Below are positions 13,661 to 23,184 of a stretch of 28,882 nt of DNA, piece by piece. The notes under the pieces are model-generated. The model ran no database searches and was not told the origin of the DNA. It saw nothing but the letters and a program-made list of their open reading frames with translations. A program made the translations under genes and the position numbers. Every line of letters starts with the position of its first letter. Positions within the stretch are counted from its first letter, which is position 1. This DNA comes from an uncultured Candidatus Bathyarchaeia archaeon (GTDB taxonomy: Archaea; Thermoproteota; Bathyarchaeia; RBG-16-48-13; JAGMEO01): the NCBI GenBank assembly GCA_964481305.1, contig CAYZTF010000001.1:3575-32456 (forward strand), given 5' to 3'.

Positions 13661-16063
13661 TCACACTAGGCGTACTTGCTTTTCAGATCCGAGACCAATT
13701 TCTTTGGAAAGGCCTGAAGAGTACCGAGGTTTAAGGTCGTCGTCCTTTTTACCGAACAATGAAAGAACCCTGATCGCCGCGGGAAGGATCTGTTGCTCCT
13801 CGTAGTATTCAAGGTCAAGCTGGTCGTATTTGGCTAGCGAGTAGGGGAGAACCCTCTCATATAGCCTGCCCCTACCCTTGATTATCACGAAGCCTACCTT
13901 GTCACCGATCGTCAGATTCCAACCATCCTTCCTAAGCATCTTGGCCGCTTCAACGTGAGGAGTGTTCACCTTATACTCTTCTATCGGCTTAGTCAACGTC
14001 TTCCAAACTATCAGGTCGCTGTAGGGAACTTTGCCGCTTCTAAGGTCCGTAATGTACTGGCGCACAAAATCCACCGCCTTCTCGGGAGACTGCTCTTTCA
14101 GAACTATCTCTAGGACCTTTTCCTGCACTTGTTTAGCTGTCTCAGCCCAGTCTCCTCTTGCCACCTCCATCCCCACTATATCTAAACGGCCGTCGGGTAA
14201 GAGACCAGCATACCTCTTCTTTGCTTCTGTAAAGAAAACCCTCTCGTAAGTCGCATCCGGCCTTATCTCTAAGCTTAACTCACGCTCAACCATAAGCAGA
14301 AAAGTTCCAGTCTTCTTCGGATCATGTTTAACAAAGAGGCTATCTGTGTCGCCGTAGATCACGTCCAAGCCCGTCTCCTTTGCCAGCTCGATGGCGCGTT
14401 TGATAGTGTAGCGCCCCCACGCCGCCGTGGCCTCTGCGACAGGCCTGATGTACCAGCGGGCCCCCACCCAGCCGGTATAGCCGTATGAGGCATTTGTTAT
14501 CACTTTGATCGCTCTTTGCCTAGCGTCCAGAAGCTTGTATTCCGCGCTTCTGGGCTTTGTCTTCTCCACATCAATCTTCAGACGGCCGCGGATACGGATT
14601 AAATCAGACAAGACTTGTTTGTAGAAGCCGGGAGGATCCTTTCTGAAACGATGTTTAACCTCCGGCGCAACGAAGACGCCGCCAGGAGGATCAGGCTCAC
14701 CTGGTTCAACGTAGGTATCCGGAGACGCGTTGTAGACGATCATAATGTTCGGATACATCGACTTGAAGTCTAAGACTGACACATTCTCGTGGATTCCAGG
14801 CTTAGGCGCGAGCACGATAGCGCCCACGTACGGAAAATAGGGATTCTCCTTTCGGCTCGGAACCATCTCCCCTATCTTGTATGCTTGGCGTATCAGGTAC
14901 CACTCAACCCGGAAGCCAACCGCTGCCGCACCTACGTAGTCGAGCGGAAGCCCCACGATGTATGAAAGCTGCATCGCGTAGTCCAGTAGCGACCCCAAGA
15001 CGCCAAGGATAATTTCTGCCTTCTTAACAGAACGCCTGAGGAGAGTCTGACGCTTCGATGGATCGTCCCAGTAGTCCGCAACCTCAACATCCTCAACTTC
15101 TATTTCCTCTTCATCCTTTAAGATGCCGAGGTACTTCGCCATGTTCTCAAGCGTCTTGACCTTGACCTCTTCAAAATCCCCGGCGTAATCATAGAGGTCT
15201 ACGTTCGCGCGTCCTGTAATCGAGATATGTCCATAAAGGCTTGGATGAGGCTCAGTCTCAGACCGAGACACGGAGAGTTTGATGCCTGCTCTCTTCCCCC
15301 TCTCCAAGAGATAGGGCCAGTCATGACTGTTGCTTCCGTAGCCGACGACAATGTCAGGATCGAGTTCTTCAACGTACTTGACGAAGGACTTCAAGATTCC
15401 CCCATCGTCTGTCCCTTCGGAGACAAACTGTTTAGTTTCACCCCGACTGTTCGCAGTTGAGACTATCACCACAGGGTTTCTATCTGGTTTGGGTGAACCT
15501 TTTTTGCTGTAACAGACGATTGAGAAGGACACGACCCTGAGTGGCGGCATCTCAGCCTTCTCTACTGGCTTTGGAGGGGTAGTTAGAACGTAAACCTTGT
15601 CGACAAACGCGCCGGTTTCGTTTTTCACTTCATCTCCTTCAAAGAGATGCCACCCGCAAGGATATACGTTCTTGTCAATACTGTATCTCTGAGCATATCG
15701 AATATCCTCCTCAAGGCTCATCTTAACGCCTTTCATTTTGGACATGTGCGAAGCCAGTTTAGCGGTCTCGTCGGGATCTCTGCACACAACTCTGAGTGTC
15801 TTAACGGATTTTCCGAAGTATCTCCTATTCACCGCTTCAACTGATTCAACCGAAGCGATGAAATCTCTATCTTCTCTTACTCTACGTCCAATGTCTTCTG
15901 GACCTGCATCATCTTCGAGAACTAGGTAAAAGTAAGGCCTGAAGCCTTTATCAAAGACTAGAATGCGTCGACCAGTGTCGTCCAAGCCCCAGAGCCGAAT
16001 CTCCGGCTCCCTATTTACCTTTTCACGATTAATATCCAACAGAAAAAGATGATGCCACACCAT
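13661..16063 (-). CDS. polB: family B DNA polymerase (PolB3-like), 3'-5' exonuclease motifs degenerate
   Basis: Polymerase motifs DFKSMYPNIM, KVITNASYGY, YGDTDSLF, KKRYAG are intact. 800 aa, no intein. Confidence 0.95.
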   Translation of the reverse strand: MVWHHLFLLDINREKVNREPEIRLWGLDDTGRRILVFDKGFRPYFYLVLEDDAGPEDIGRRVREDRDFIASVESVEAVNRRYFGKSVKTLRVVCRDPDETAKLASHMSKMKGVKMSLEEDIRYAQRYSIDKNVYPCGWHLFEGDEVKNETGAFVDKVYVLTTPPKPVEKAEMPPLRVVSFSIVCYSKKGSPKPDRNPVVIVSTANSRGETKQFVSEGTDDGGILKSFVKYVEELDPDIVVGYGSNSHDWPYLLERGKRAGIKLSVSRSETEPHPSLYGHISITGRANVDLYDYAGDFEEVKVKTLENMAKYLGILKDEEEIEVEDVEVADYWDDPSKRQTLLRRSVKKAEIILGVLGSLLDYAMQLSYIVGLPLDYVGAAAVGFRVEWYLIRQAYKIGEMVPSRKENPYFPYVGAIVLAPKPGIHENVSVLDFKSMYPNIMIVYNASPDTYVEPGEPDPPGGVFVAPEVKHRFRKDPPGFYKQVLSDLIRIRGRLKIDVEKTKPRSAEYKLLDARQRAIKVITNASYGYTGWVGARWYIRPVAEATAAWGRYTIKRAIELAKETGLDVIYGDTDSLFVKHDPKKTGTFLLMVERELSLEIRPDATYERVFFTEAKKRYAGLLPDGRLDIVGMEVARGDWAETAKQVQEKVLEIVLKEQSPEKAVDFVRQYITDLRSGKVPYSDLIVWKTLTKPIEEYKVNTPHVEAAKMLRKDGWNLTIGDKVGFVIIKGRGRLYERVLPYSLAKYDQLDLEYYEEQQILPAAIRVLSLFGKKDDDLKPRYSSGLSKEIGLGSEKQVRLV

Positions 16064-16154
16064 CCAAACCGCCCCTCTAAGCCATCAAGAATAGATCGCC
16101 TGCATGAATTTAAGATCTCTAGAACTGGAACCCTGTAAGCTATTAGGGGTGTCT

Positions 16155-16727
16155 TCAGAGTTTCTTCTCCAATACGTAGGCATCCTCGTCTCCATAGTAG
16201 CCCCTATCAACGCGGACGAAGCTGAAGCCTAGCTTATTGTAGAAGTTCTGCGCGGCTACGTTACTCTTACGAACCTCGAGTCTGACACTAGAAACGCCTG
16301 ACCTCTTTAGAATCTCAAGAATCTTCAATACTAGAGATGATCCTACCGCTCTCCTCAGACGATCTCGGCGGACAGCCAGCGAGACCAAGTGGCCTACTTT
16401 CTTTTCAACAGAAGCGACAACGTATCCAACGACCTCACCCGTTTCCTCAGCCACCAGAAACGTCTCTGGGTTTTCTTCTACTAGGAAGTCGATGAAGAAG
16501 GGAGGGAATGCGTCTTTGAATGTCTCACGTTCGATCTTGTATATCGCTGGAAGATCCCTTTGCTCAACCGCACGAATAACAGGCTCGGACATAGGAGTCA
16601 CGCCACAGACAGGGTTCGCGTTCGATCCTCCCAGCGCGCAAGAGAGAGCTTTTACTATGATTTCAGGACCTGTTCCTACAGCATCACCCATCGTTATCTT
16701 GATAATTGGCTTTCGATTAAGCGTCAT
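16155..16727 (-). CDS. rimI: RimI/Ard1-type N-acetyltransferase with a PdxA-like N-terminal extension (core from ATG 16592)
   Basis: HLVSLAVRRDRLRRAVGSSL, VRLEVRKSNVAAQNFY, YYGDEDAY. Strong GGTGAGGAG SD before ATG 16727. Confidence 0.85.
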   Translation of the reverse strand: MTLNRKPIIKITMGDAVGTGPEIIVKALSCALGGSNANPVCGVTPMSEPVIRAVEQRDLPAIYKIERETFKDAFPPFFIDFLVEENPETFLVAEETGEVVGYVVASVEKKVGHLVSLAVRRDRLRRAVGSSLVLKILEILKRSGVSSVRLEVRKSNVAAQNFYNKLGFSFVRVDRGYYGDEDAYVLEKKL

Positions 16728-16929
16728 GCTCCTCACCTTTCAAATGTTCAATAATTTCAATCATAACGTCTTTTTCACTAAATGCCCACGTGCCTATGAC
16801 AGTTCGTATTCCATGCTTTTTTCCGCTAATCGTGCGCGATCAATGCCTGTGCGACAATAGTCCAAGCTTAGTTTTAAGTATAAAGACCGAACATTTCAGT
16901 TTCAGCAACAAACAATTTCAAGGCTTAAA

Positions 16930-18009
16930 TTGCGAATTCTAAAAAGAAGCCTGAAGCAGGGCTTAATGAAGCTCATTCCAGAGAATTTGGACGACCTTTG
17001 GGTCCTTTACAACATCGTCCAAGTCGGCGACAGAGTATGTGCACGAACGACCAGAGAGGTTAAGGTAGCGCAGGAAGATGCTCGGCCGACTAAGGGCAAG
17101 AGAATACCTTTGTACCTTGGTCTGAAGATCGAGAAAGCTGCCTTTGATAAAAGCGTAAATCGCCTCCGAATGACAGGGATCGTTTCAGAAGCTCCCGAAA
17201 AGATACCTGGAATAATGGGAACCCACCACACCATCAGCGTGTATCCAGGAACCACTTTAACTATTGAAAAAAAAGAGTGGCCGCTATATCAACTAAAAAG
17301 GATCAAAGCCGCCTGTGAGGAAAAAGCGCAACCTATACTCGTCGTAGGGATCGATGATGAGGAATGCTGTATCGCCCTCCTGCGACACTACGAGATAGAC
17401 GTAAAGAATGAGGTTAGAGCGAGGCTTCCAGGAAAGCTTGAGGCTGAGAAAAGAAGTGATGCCCTAATAAACTACTTCAAATCTTCTCTGGAAGCACTCA
17501 CGCCAGTATGGGAGTTATGTAAATGCTCAATCATCTTGGTAGGTCCAAGTTACATCAAAAACGAGTTTGCGAAGTACGTACGTGATAAGCGACCGGAAAT
17601 CGCTGATAAAATCGCTGCTATCGGATTTGCCAGTAGCGGAGGGGTGGCTGGTGTCGGAGAAGCTCTGCGCTCGGGCATCTTAGAAAAAGTTGCTAAGAAT
17701 GTTCGGATTGTCGAGGAGACGAGGCTGGTCGAACAGGTCTTATCCAGACTAGGCTCTCAAAGTGGAGACGTCTCTTACGGAACAGATGTTGATGAGGCGG
17801 TCAAAATGGGAGCCGTAGACCATGTACTTGTCGCGGACAAGCTTCTGAGAGAGGCGGAGAATACCGAAAGGCAGAGGCTTGAGGACCTTATCAGAAACGT
17901 GGAAAAGATACGTGGAAAGGTGACAATCGTCAGCACTGAACACGAAGCTGGTAAAAAGCTACTGGGGCTCGGCGGAATAGCTGCACTTCTACGATACCCC
18001 ATAGCATAA
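16930..18009 (+). CDS. pelA: pelota / Dom34 ribosome rescue factor
   Basis: PENLDDLWVLYNI, GDRVCARTTR, LRMTG, HHTI, STEHEAGKKLLGLGGIAALLRY. Confidence 0.95.
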   Translation: MRILKRSLKQGLMKLIPENLDDLWVLYNIVQVGDRVCARTTREVKVAQEDARPTKGKRIPLYLGLKIEKAAFDKSVNRLRMTGIVSEAPEKIPGIMGTHHTISVYPGTTLTIEKKEWPLYQLKRIKAACEEKAQPILVVGIDDEECCIALLRHYEIDVKNEVRARLPGKLEAEKRSDALINYFKSSLEALTPVWELCKCSIILVGPSYIKNEFAKYVRDKRPEIADKIAAIGFASSGGVAGVGEALRSGILEKVAKNVRIVEETRLVEQVLSRLGSQSGDVSYGTDVDEAVKMGAVDHVLVADKLLREAENTERQRLEDLIRNVEKIRGKVTIVSTEHEAGKKLLGLGGIAALLRYPIA

Positions 18010-18123
18010 ACTTTAAGCCTTCTTCTAGCAACCTTTTTTTAAGCCTTAAAAAAGAGTTACGACGAGATTGGTTCAAGACACTAGTGCGCCCGAAAACTAC
18101 CTCTATTGAAGGAAGTGAAAAAC

Positions 18124-18525
18124 TTGAGCAAACCGACCGAGGTTGGAAGCTTAAAAGTAGGACATAACATCCTCATCGAAAACGAGCCTTGCAAAATCGT
18201 AGAGTATGAAAAATCTAAGCCAGGCAAACATGGTTCGGCTAAGGCTCGCATCGTTGCTATGGGGGTCTTCGACGGCGTTAAGAGAAGCATTGTAAGCCCG
18301 GTCGACGCAAAGATAGAGGTACCCCTCATTGAGAAGCACAGCGGCCAGATCGTCTCGATAGGCGAAGACACGGTTCAACTCATGAACTTGGAGACTTTTG
18401 ATGTCTTCTTGACCAAGAAGCCCAATGAAGAGGAGTTAGGAACTAGACTTTCTGAAGGGTTAGAGGTCGAATACTGGAAGATTATGGACAGAATGAAGAT
18501 CATGAGGGTAAAGGGCTCGACCTAA
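18124..18525 (+). CDS. eif5a: translation factor aIF5A
   Basis: Hypusination motif KSKPGKHGSAKARI. Start is TTG 18124 or TTG 18106. Confidence 0.96.
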   Translation: MSKPTEVGSLKVGHNILIENEPCKIVEYEKSKPGKHGSAKARIVAMGVFDGVKRSIVSPVDAKIEVPLIEKHSGQIVSIGEDTVQLMNLETFDVFLTKKPNEEELGTRLSEGLEVEYWKIMDRMKIMRVKGST

Positions 18526-18747
18526 TCAGCTGAGTCCCTACCGAGATTCATCTCGCCTTTTTCAGGTATCAGACTGACGCGCAGGTTTTAGGTAAAGGCA
18601 AATCGCGTACACGAATAACAACGTGGTTTGCCGCTTTACATACAATTTAGAAAAAACTGGTTGTTTGTCGCAGAGAAGGCAGTCATGGTTGCCAACTTAC
18701 ACTCCACGACCAATTCTCTGTCACGAGCAAGCGATAAGTTCGGCTGC

Positions 18748-19248
18748 TTAGCGAGCCATACGAATGATTTCAGCCTTGCGCCTTTCCACATCAAGCAAGG
18801 CGTACGTATGTTCTCCACTCAGATACCCACAAACCTCTCCAGGGTTTATGACTAACGTCTCTCTGACTGTCCGCACATCCGCTTTATGAAGGTGCCCGTA
18901 GACCAGGACATCGTATATTCCAGAGTTTATGAGGGAGTTCAGCAAGGCCTCCTCATGCCCATGTAGCAACGCGACCTTAAGTCCGTCAACCTCGATGTCA
19001 ACGAAGAAGCTTTTCACCTCGGCTCCGATCTCGGCGAAACGTTTCTTTAGCAGTTCTCTCTCAGCGCAGTTGTTACCGAAGACGCCGACGAGCCTTGCCT
19101 TCAGGGGCTTAAAGTGAGACGGAACGAAGGGGCTTATGTAGTCGCCAGCATGCAGAACAAGCTGCACACCATCTTTGTTCAGTCGTGCGACGACTTCGTC
19201 GATCAGGGGCAGGTTGTCATGAGTGTCAGAAATTATTCCAACAAGCAT
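18748..19248 (-). CDS. YfcE/MJ0936-family metallophosphoesterase
   Basis: SDTH, HAGD, GNN, HG, GHLH, NPGE. Confidence 0.92.
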   Translation of the reverse strand: MLVGIISDTHDNLPLIDEVVARLNKDGVQLVLHAGDYISPFVPSHFKPLKARLVGVFGNNCAERELLKKRFAEIGAEVKSFFVDIEVDGLKVALLHGHEEALLNSLINSGIYDVLVYGHLHKADVRTVRETLVINPGEVCGYLSGEHTYALLDVERRKAEIIRMAR

Positions 19249-19410
19249 GTCTTTTCCTCCTTTTGAGGGGTTTCTTAATGGATTAAGGTCATAATAACCT
19301 AAAACTTTTTACCTACGCTCGGGACTTTGTGGAAGCATCGCGCTTTAAAAGCGGCTTTGTCTCGTAATGCTCCACAAATAATGAAAAATGATGGACTGAC
19401 AAGCTGTTGA

Positions 19411-20208
19411 TTGACCGTGCCCACGATACTACTCGTCAATGATGACGGAATCTACGCGGTAGGGTTGCTTATCCTAAAAAGAGAGTTAGAGAAGTTAGGC
19501 AAAGTGGTCGTTGTCGCTCCGAAAGATAAAGCAAGTGGAGCAGGAAAGTCGATAACTGTCCGAAAGCCAATAAAAATCGAGGAAGTGCGTCTTTCAGACG
19601 GCTCGTCGGCTTATGCGATAGACGGTACGCCCGCAGACGCGGCCATGCTAGGCATATATAAGATTTTGAAACACCCACCGGATTTGCTCCTTTCAGGCAT
19701 AAATCTAGGGTACAACCTCAATATCGATGACAACCTCTCCTCGGGAACCGTTGGCGCAGCCATCGAGGCGGCTATTCACCACGTACCAGCAATAGCGATG
19801 TCTTGTTTTGTTCCGAGATTATCGTCTGCGAAAAGTGAAGGATTGGTCTCGTCACAAGAGTTGGAGCTAGCAGCCGTCATAGCTAGGAGAGCAGCTAATT
19901 ATGTTTTAGAAAAGAGTATGCCAGAAGGCGTGGATGTCATCTCGATAAACGTTCCAGAGAAAGCGGATCCAAGTAGAGTCAAGATCACAAGCCTCTCTTA
20001 CTCCAAATATGCTGACATATATGTTAAACAAGAGGATGGTTATACGCTAGAGTGGGGGGCAGAATACGGTTCAGAGACTGATCCAGAAACGGACTTATAT
20101 GCTGTTAGAAAAGAAAGGTTTGTGTCGATTACGCCAATAACGATCAGATTCCCTCACAGGAAGGAGAAATTAAAGGGCTTGTTGAGGATTCTCTCCTCTC
20201 CAGAGTAG
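19411..20208 (+). CDS. surE: 5'/3'-nucleotidase SurE
   Basis: ILLVNDDG, VVAP...SGAG, GTPADA, SGINLG, SGTVGAAIEA, VSITP. Confidence 0.95.
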   Translation: MTVPTILLVNDDGIYAVGLLILKRELEKLGKVVVVAPKDKASGAGKSITVRKPIKIEEVRLSDGSSAYAIDGTPADAAMLGIYKILKHPPDLLLSGINLGYNLNIDDNLSSGTVGAAIEAAIHHVPAIAMSCFVPRLSSAKSEGLVSSQELELAAVIARRAANYVLEKSMPEGVDVISINVPEKADPSRVKITSLSYSKYADIYVKQEDGYTLEWGAEYGSETDPETDLYAVRKERFVSITPITIRFPHRKEKLKGLLRILSSPE

Positions 20209-20330
20209 TTTATCCTCCGTTTGTGAGGCCAAACTGGATCAGTTTTCCAGTTCGAAAACTTGTTTTTGGATTGAGCCTTCCATTTGGACGCTGGCGCGAT
20301 GGTCGATTGAGGTTATGTAGGGATCGCAGA

Positions 20331-21863
20331 CTAAGCCGCTGCGATTCCCCCTTTCTCCACCCAGCTAAACTTCTTTTGAAGCGTTTTTGGATAATAGAGC
20401 TTCCAGTCGAAGCCCACTTTTCTGCCCCAATAGTAGTAGACGCGGGGATCGATATAGCTCTTCAGTGATGTCCCGAGATTGTATTCTTTGGTTGACTTCA
20501 TGAGCTTAACATTCAACTGAGCTTTTTTGAGCGCTTCCCGCGCCCGCTTTTTTGACTTTCTAGTCTTCTTCAGTCTGATTTGCGTCTCAAGCTTTTTGAC
20601 GCGTTCCTCTTTACTTTTTAACGACTCCTTCCATCTTTTCGGGATCTTACGCTTATGGTTACAAGCGATAGCGGCTTCGAGATTAGCCATCTTAGCTACG
20701 TGTTTCTTCTCGAACTCAGGACTAGATTCACGAACTTTTGCACTTTTAAGATAGTCTTTCACGACTTTGGAAGCGTGGTAGGTTCGGAAAACCTTGGCCG
20801 TCAGTCCGGGCATAGCCTCGTTTAGGAACTCGTTTACGTCCTCTGATCTCACGCCTTCGAACATCGTAGATTTGGCATTTGAAGCGTATTCTCGTAAATT
20901 GTCTACAACTGCTTCAGGCAGACTCACTTCCTTGCGCCACTTCACATAGTCTTTACCTATGAAATCAAAGGTCACATGGCCATTAGAACCTATAGATATG
21001 TGGCGAGGCTCAAGCGTCGTCGCGCCAACAGTATCTGCTTCATCTTCGTCTTTTTCATCTCCAACTCGAAGCCTCAGTTCATCTATAAGGTAGCATACTG
21101 TGGCTATCTTTCTCCTCTTTTCGTCTTCCGCCCTCAGGCTGTCCCTGATTTTTCTCCTAACATCATCAATTTGGCGCTCAAGTTTCCGAGCCTTGTTGAA
21201 CTTTTCTTTTTCCCTTTCCTGCTTGATGTTAGAGGAGTCTGCCAGCCAAACGTACTTCGTTTTTCCGCTGAGCTTGTCATTCCACTTAGCGATCCACATA
21301 CAATTGGGTTGCCAAACGACCTCTTTCCAGTTTCCTTCAGGAACGGAAGCATCAGGTGAGAGATTCAAGATTACATCCTCTTTTCCCGCTCCATATTTCC
21401 ACATGCCACGTAGCGGATGTTCCCCTCTACCCATGAATATCGATGAAGGCTCAACAACGTAGTTGCTGACTTCCATCTTCAAGCCATTGACAACGACGTA
21501 TCCGTATATCTCCTTATTCTTCTCGCGCTCCGCCTTACGAGCTTGCGCGATTTGCTTCTTCTCCTCCTTCGTTAACCGCAGCTTCTTCTCAGCTTCCCCC
21601 TCTACATATCTCTGTATTTCTGAGAAATCGAAGTCCTCAGGCTTAGCTTCTTCTATGTTGAGAGCCGAACAGAAGTCTCGAAAGAAGTTTTTGACGAAGA
21701 CCCAATCATTCACATATTCAGTGCCGAGCTTCTTTACCCACGCATACGCCATCTCTTCTTGATGAGGAGAGAGCTCAAGCTTTCTACCTTTATAGTATAT
21801 GTGAAAGCCTTTGGCTTCATAAGGCCTAGACACGAGAACGCCGTTGTGAATTAGCTGTTTCAT
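20331..21863 (-). CDS. top1: eukaryote-like DNA topoisomerase IB
   Basis: Catalytic set present: LRVGDEK (R), FIGKD (K), AKVFRTY (R), CNH (H), SYIDPR (Y). Also EPSSIFMGRGEHPLRG. Confidence 0.95.
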   Translation of the reverse strand: MKQLIHNGVLVSRPYEAKGFHIYYKGRKLELSPHQEEMAYAWVKKLGTEYVNDWVFVKNFFRDFCSALNIEEAKPEDFDFSEIQRYVEGEAEKKLRLTKEEKKQIAQARKAEREKNKEIYGYVVVNGLKMEVSNYVVEPSSIFMGRGEHPLRGMWKYGAGKEDVILNLSPDASVPEGNWKEVVWQPNCMWIAKWNDKLSGKTKYVWLADSSNIKQEREKEKFNKARKLERQIDDVRRKIRDSLRAEDEKRRKIATVCYLIDELRLRVGDEKDEDEADTVGATTLEPRHISIGSNGHVTFDFIGKDYVKWRKEVSLPEAVVDNLREYASNAKSTMFEGVRSEDVNEFLNEAMPGLTAKVFRTYHASKVVKDYLKSAKVRESSPEFEKKHVAKMANLEAAIACNHKRKIPKRWKESLKSKEERVKKLETQIRLKKTRKSKKRAREALKKAQLNVKLMKSTKEYNLGTSLKSYIDPRVYYYWGRKVGFDWKLYYPKTLQKKFSWVEKGGIAAA

Positions 21864-21985
21864 ATCGCGTCTTTTCGTCCTTCAATTCACTAGATTTCAA
21901 ACACTGGCAATCAGACAATGTACTGTAAAGCGTTTGAATCTCATAAGCAACTTCTTAAACTTTAGGTTCATAAATTTAATGCGCC

Positions 21986-23116
21986 TTAAAGCTCCCCGTA
22001 CCTTATGCTTTTCCTTCTCCTTTCAAGATGTTTCTGAGCCAAGATCCTTTTTATCTTGTTGGAGAGAGAGTCATAGATATTTGGCAGGCTCCATCCCGTT
22101 TCAGAAAAAGCGTAAACCCGTTCAGGCATCTTTATGGTCACGTTGGCTTCATATCGCAGCCTGTCTTCGTCTCCTAATATTCTTGATGTCTTCACCGTAG
22201 ACCTTACCTCCTGTAATTTTGGGAACGCCTTGCCCAAGTTGTTCACGACTCTCAAGAACTTGCTCTTAGCAACCTCGGCTTCGAAGGGGTCGTCTGGAAG
22301 ACCTACAATATACGCTGGAACCACGCTACGTTCTAATGGAACCAGAAGCTTGACAAAGTCTCTGAAAGTGATTATTCCCTGTAACTCACCCCACAGAGTG
22401 ACTAACGAATAGGTTGTTCCTCGTTCCATCATAGTGTCTAGTACAGTTAAGGCATCGTCGTTGACGCCGCAGGTAAGTGGGTTCGGATCCATCAATCCAC
22501 CCACCAGTTCCGACAGACCCTTCTGAAGAGCACTGACCATAGCACCTTTTTCCAAACCCTCTGAAGGTATCATGCTAAAGACTATGTGGCTTGAAGACAA
22601 AATACCGCATAGGCCACGGGCATTAACCACTGGCAGATGGTCAAACCTTCGCCGTATCATCAGACTCCTTGCTTTAGCCACCGTATCCTCTTTTCTTACA
22701 GTTGTCGGCTTCGCTGTCATGATTTTGCCTGCCTTAACATTCCTTAACGTCGTTGATTTCAGAAGTTGACATATCGAACGATCAGTAACGACTCCAATAA
22801 TCGACTCGTTCACAACAACAGGTAAAGTTCTCAGACGGTAATCAGTCATCATTCTAGCAACTTTGCCTACGTTGTCGTTAGGGGAAAGTTTCGGCGCAGA
22901 GATTGTGAGAGACGTTACCTTCCTCCTTGAGATATCTGAGGCTTTGAGAAGATCTCTCATCAATAGCATGCCCACTTTTTTGCCTTCGACTACGAAGGCC
23001 TCGTGCACATTCAGATTCCTGAGGGTACCTATAGCCTCGGAGATAGACGATTCCGAAGAAACTAGGATTGGTCCTTTTTGTAGAAATTCAACCCTAGCGG
23101 ATCTGACTACCTCCAA
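21986..23116 (-). CDS. 4xCBS protein with a C-terminal HPF/RaiA-like domain (Hib-type hibernation factor candidate)
   Basis: Four CBS repeats, then RYEANVTIKMPERVYAFSETGWSLPNIYDSLSNKIKRIL, resembling the HPF beta-beta-alpha tail. Confidence 0.7.
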   Translation of the reverse strand: MEVVRSARVEFLQKGPILVSSESSISEAIGTLRNLNVHEAFVVEGKKVGMLLMRDLLKASDISRRKVTSLTISAPKLSPNDNVGKVARMMTDYRLRTLPVVVNESIIGVVTDRSICQLLKSTTLRNVKAGKIMTAKPTTVRKEDTVAKARSLMIRRRFDHLPVVNARGLCGILSSSHIVFSMIPSEGLEKGAMVSALQKGLSELVGGLMDPNPLTCGVNDDALTVLDTMMERGTTYSLVTLWGELQGIITFRDFVKLLVPLERSVVPAYIVGLPDDPFEAEVAKSKFLRVVNNLGKAFPKLQEVRSTVKTSRILGDEDRLRYEANVTIKMPERVYAFSETGWSLPNIYDSLSNKIKRILAQKHLERRRKSIRYGEL

Positions 23117-23184
23117 AGGGCATTCTCCAATATTTGATGAAGGATTGCTTTTAGGATGCTGATGATTCTACGGATAGGTCAAAC

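Noticed and set aside
13661-16063. Intein in polB
   Set aside because: Length is 800 aa with contiguous motifs and no C/S...HN splice junction.
18628-18855. Short ORFs 18628-18855 (+) and 18636-18818 (-)
   Set aside because: They overlap the phosphoesterase 3' end and have no recognisable features.
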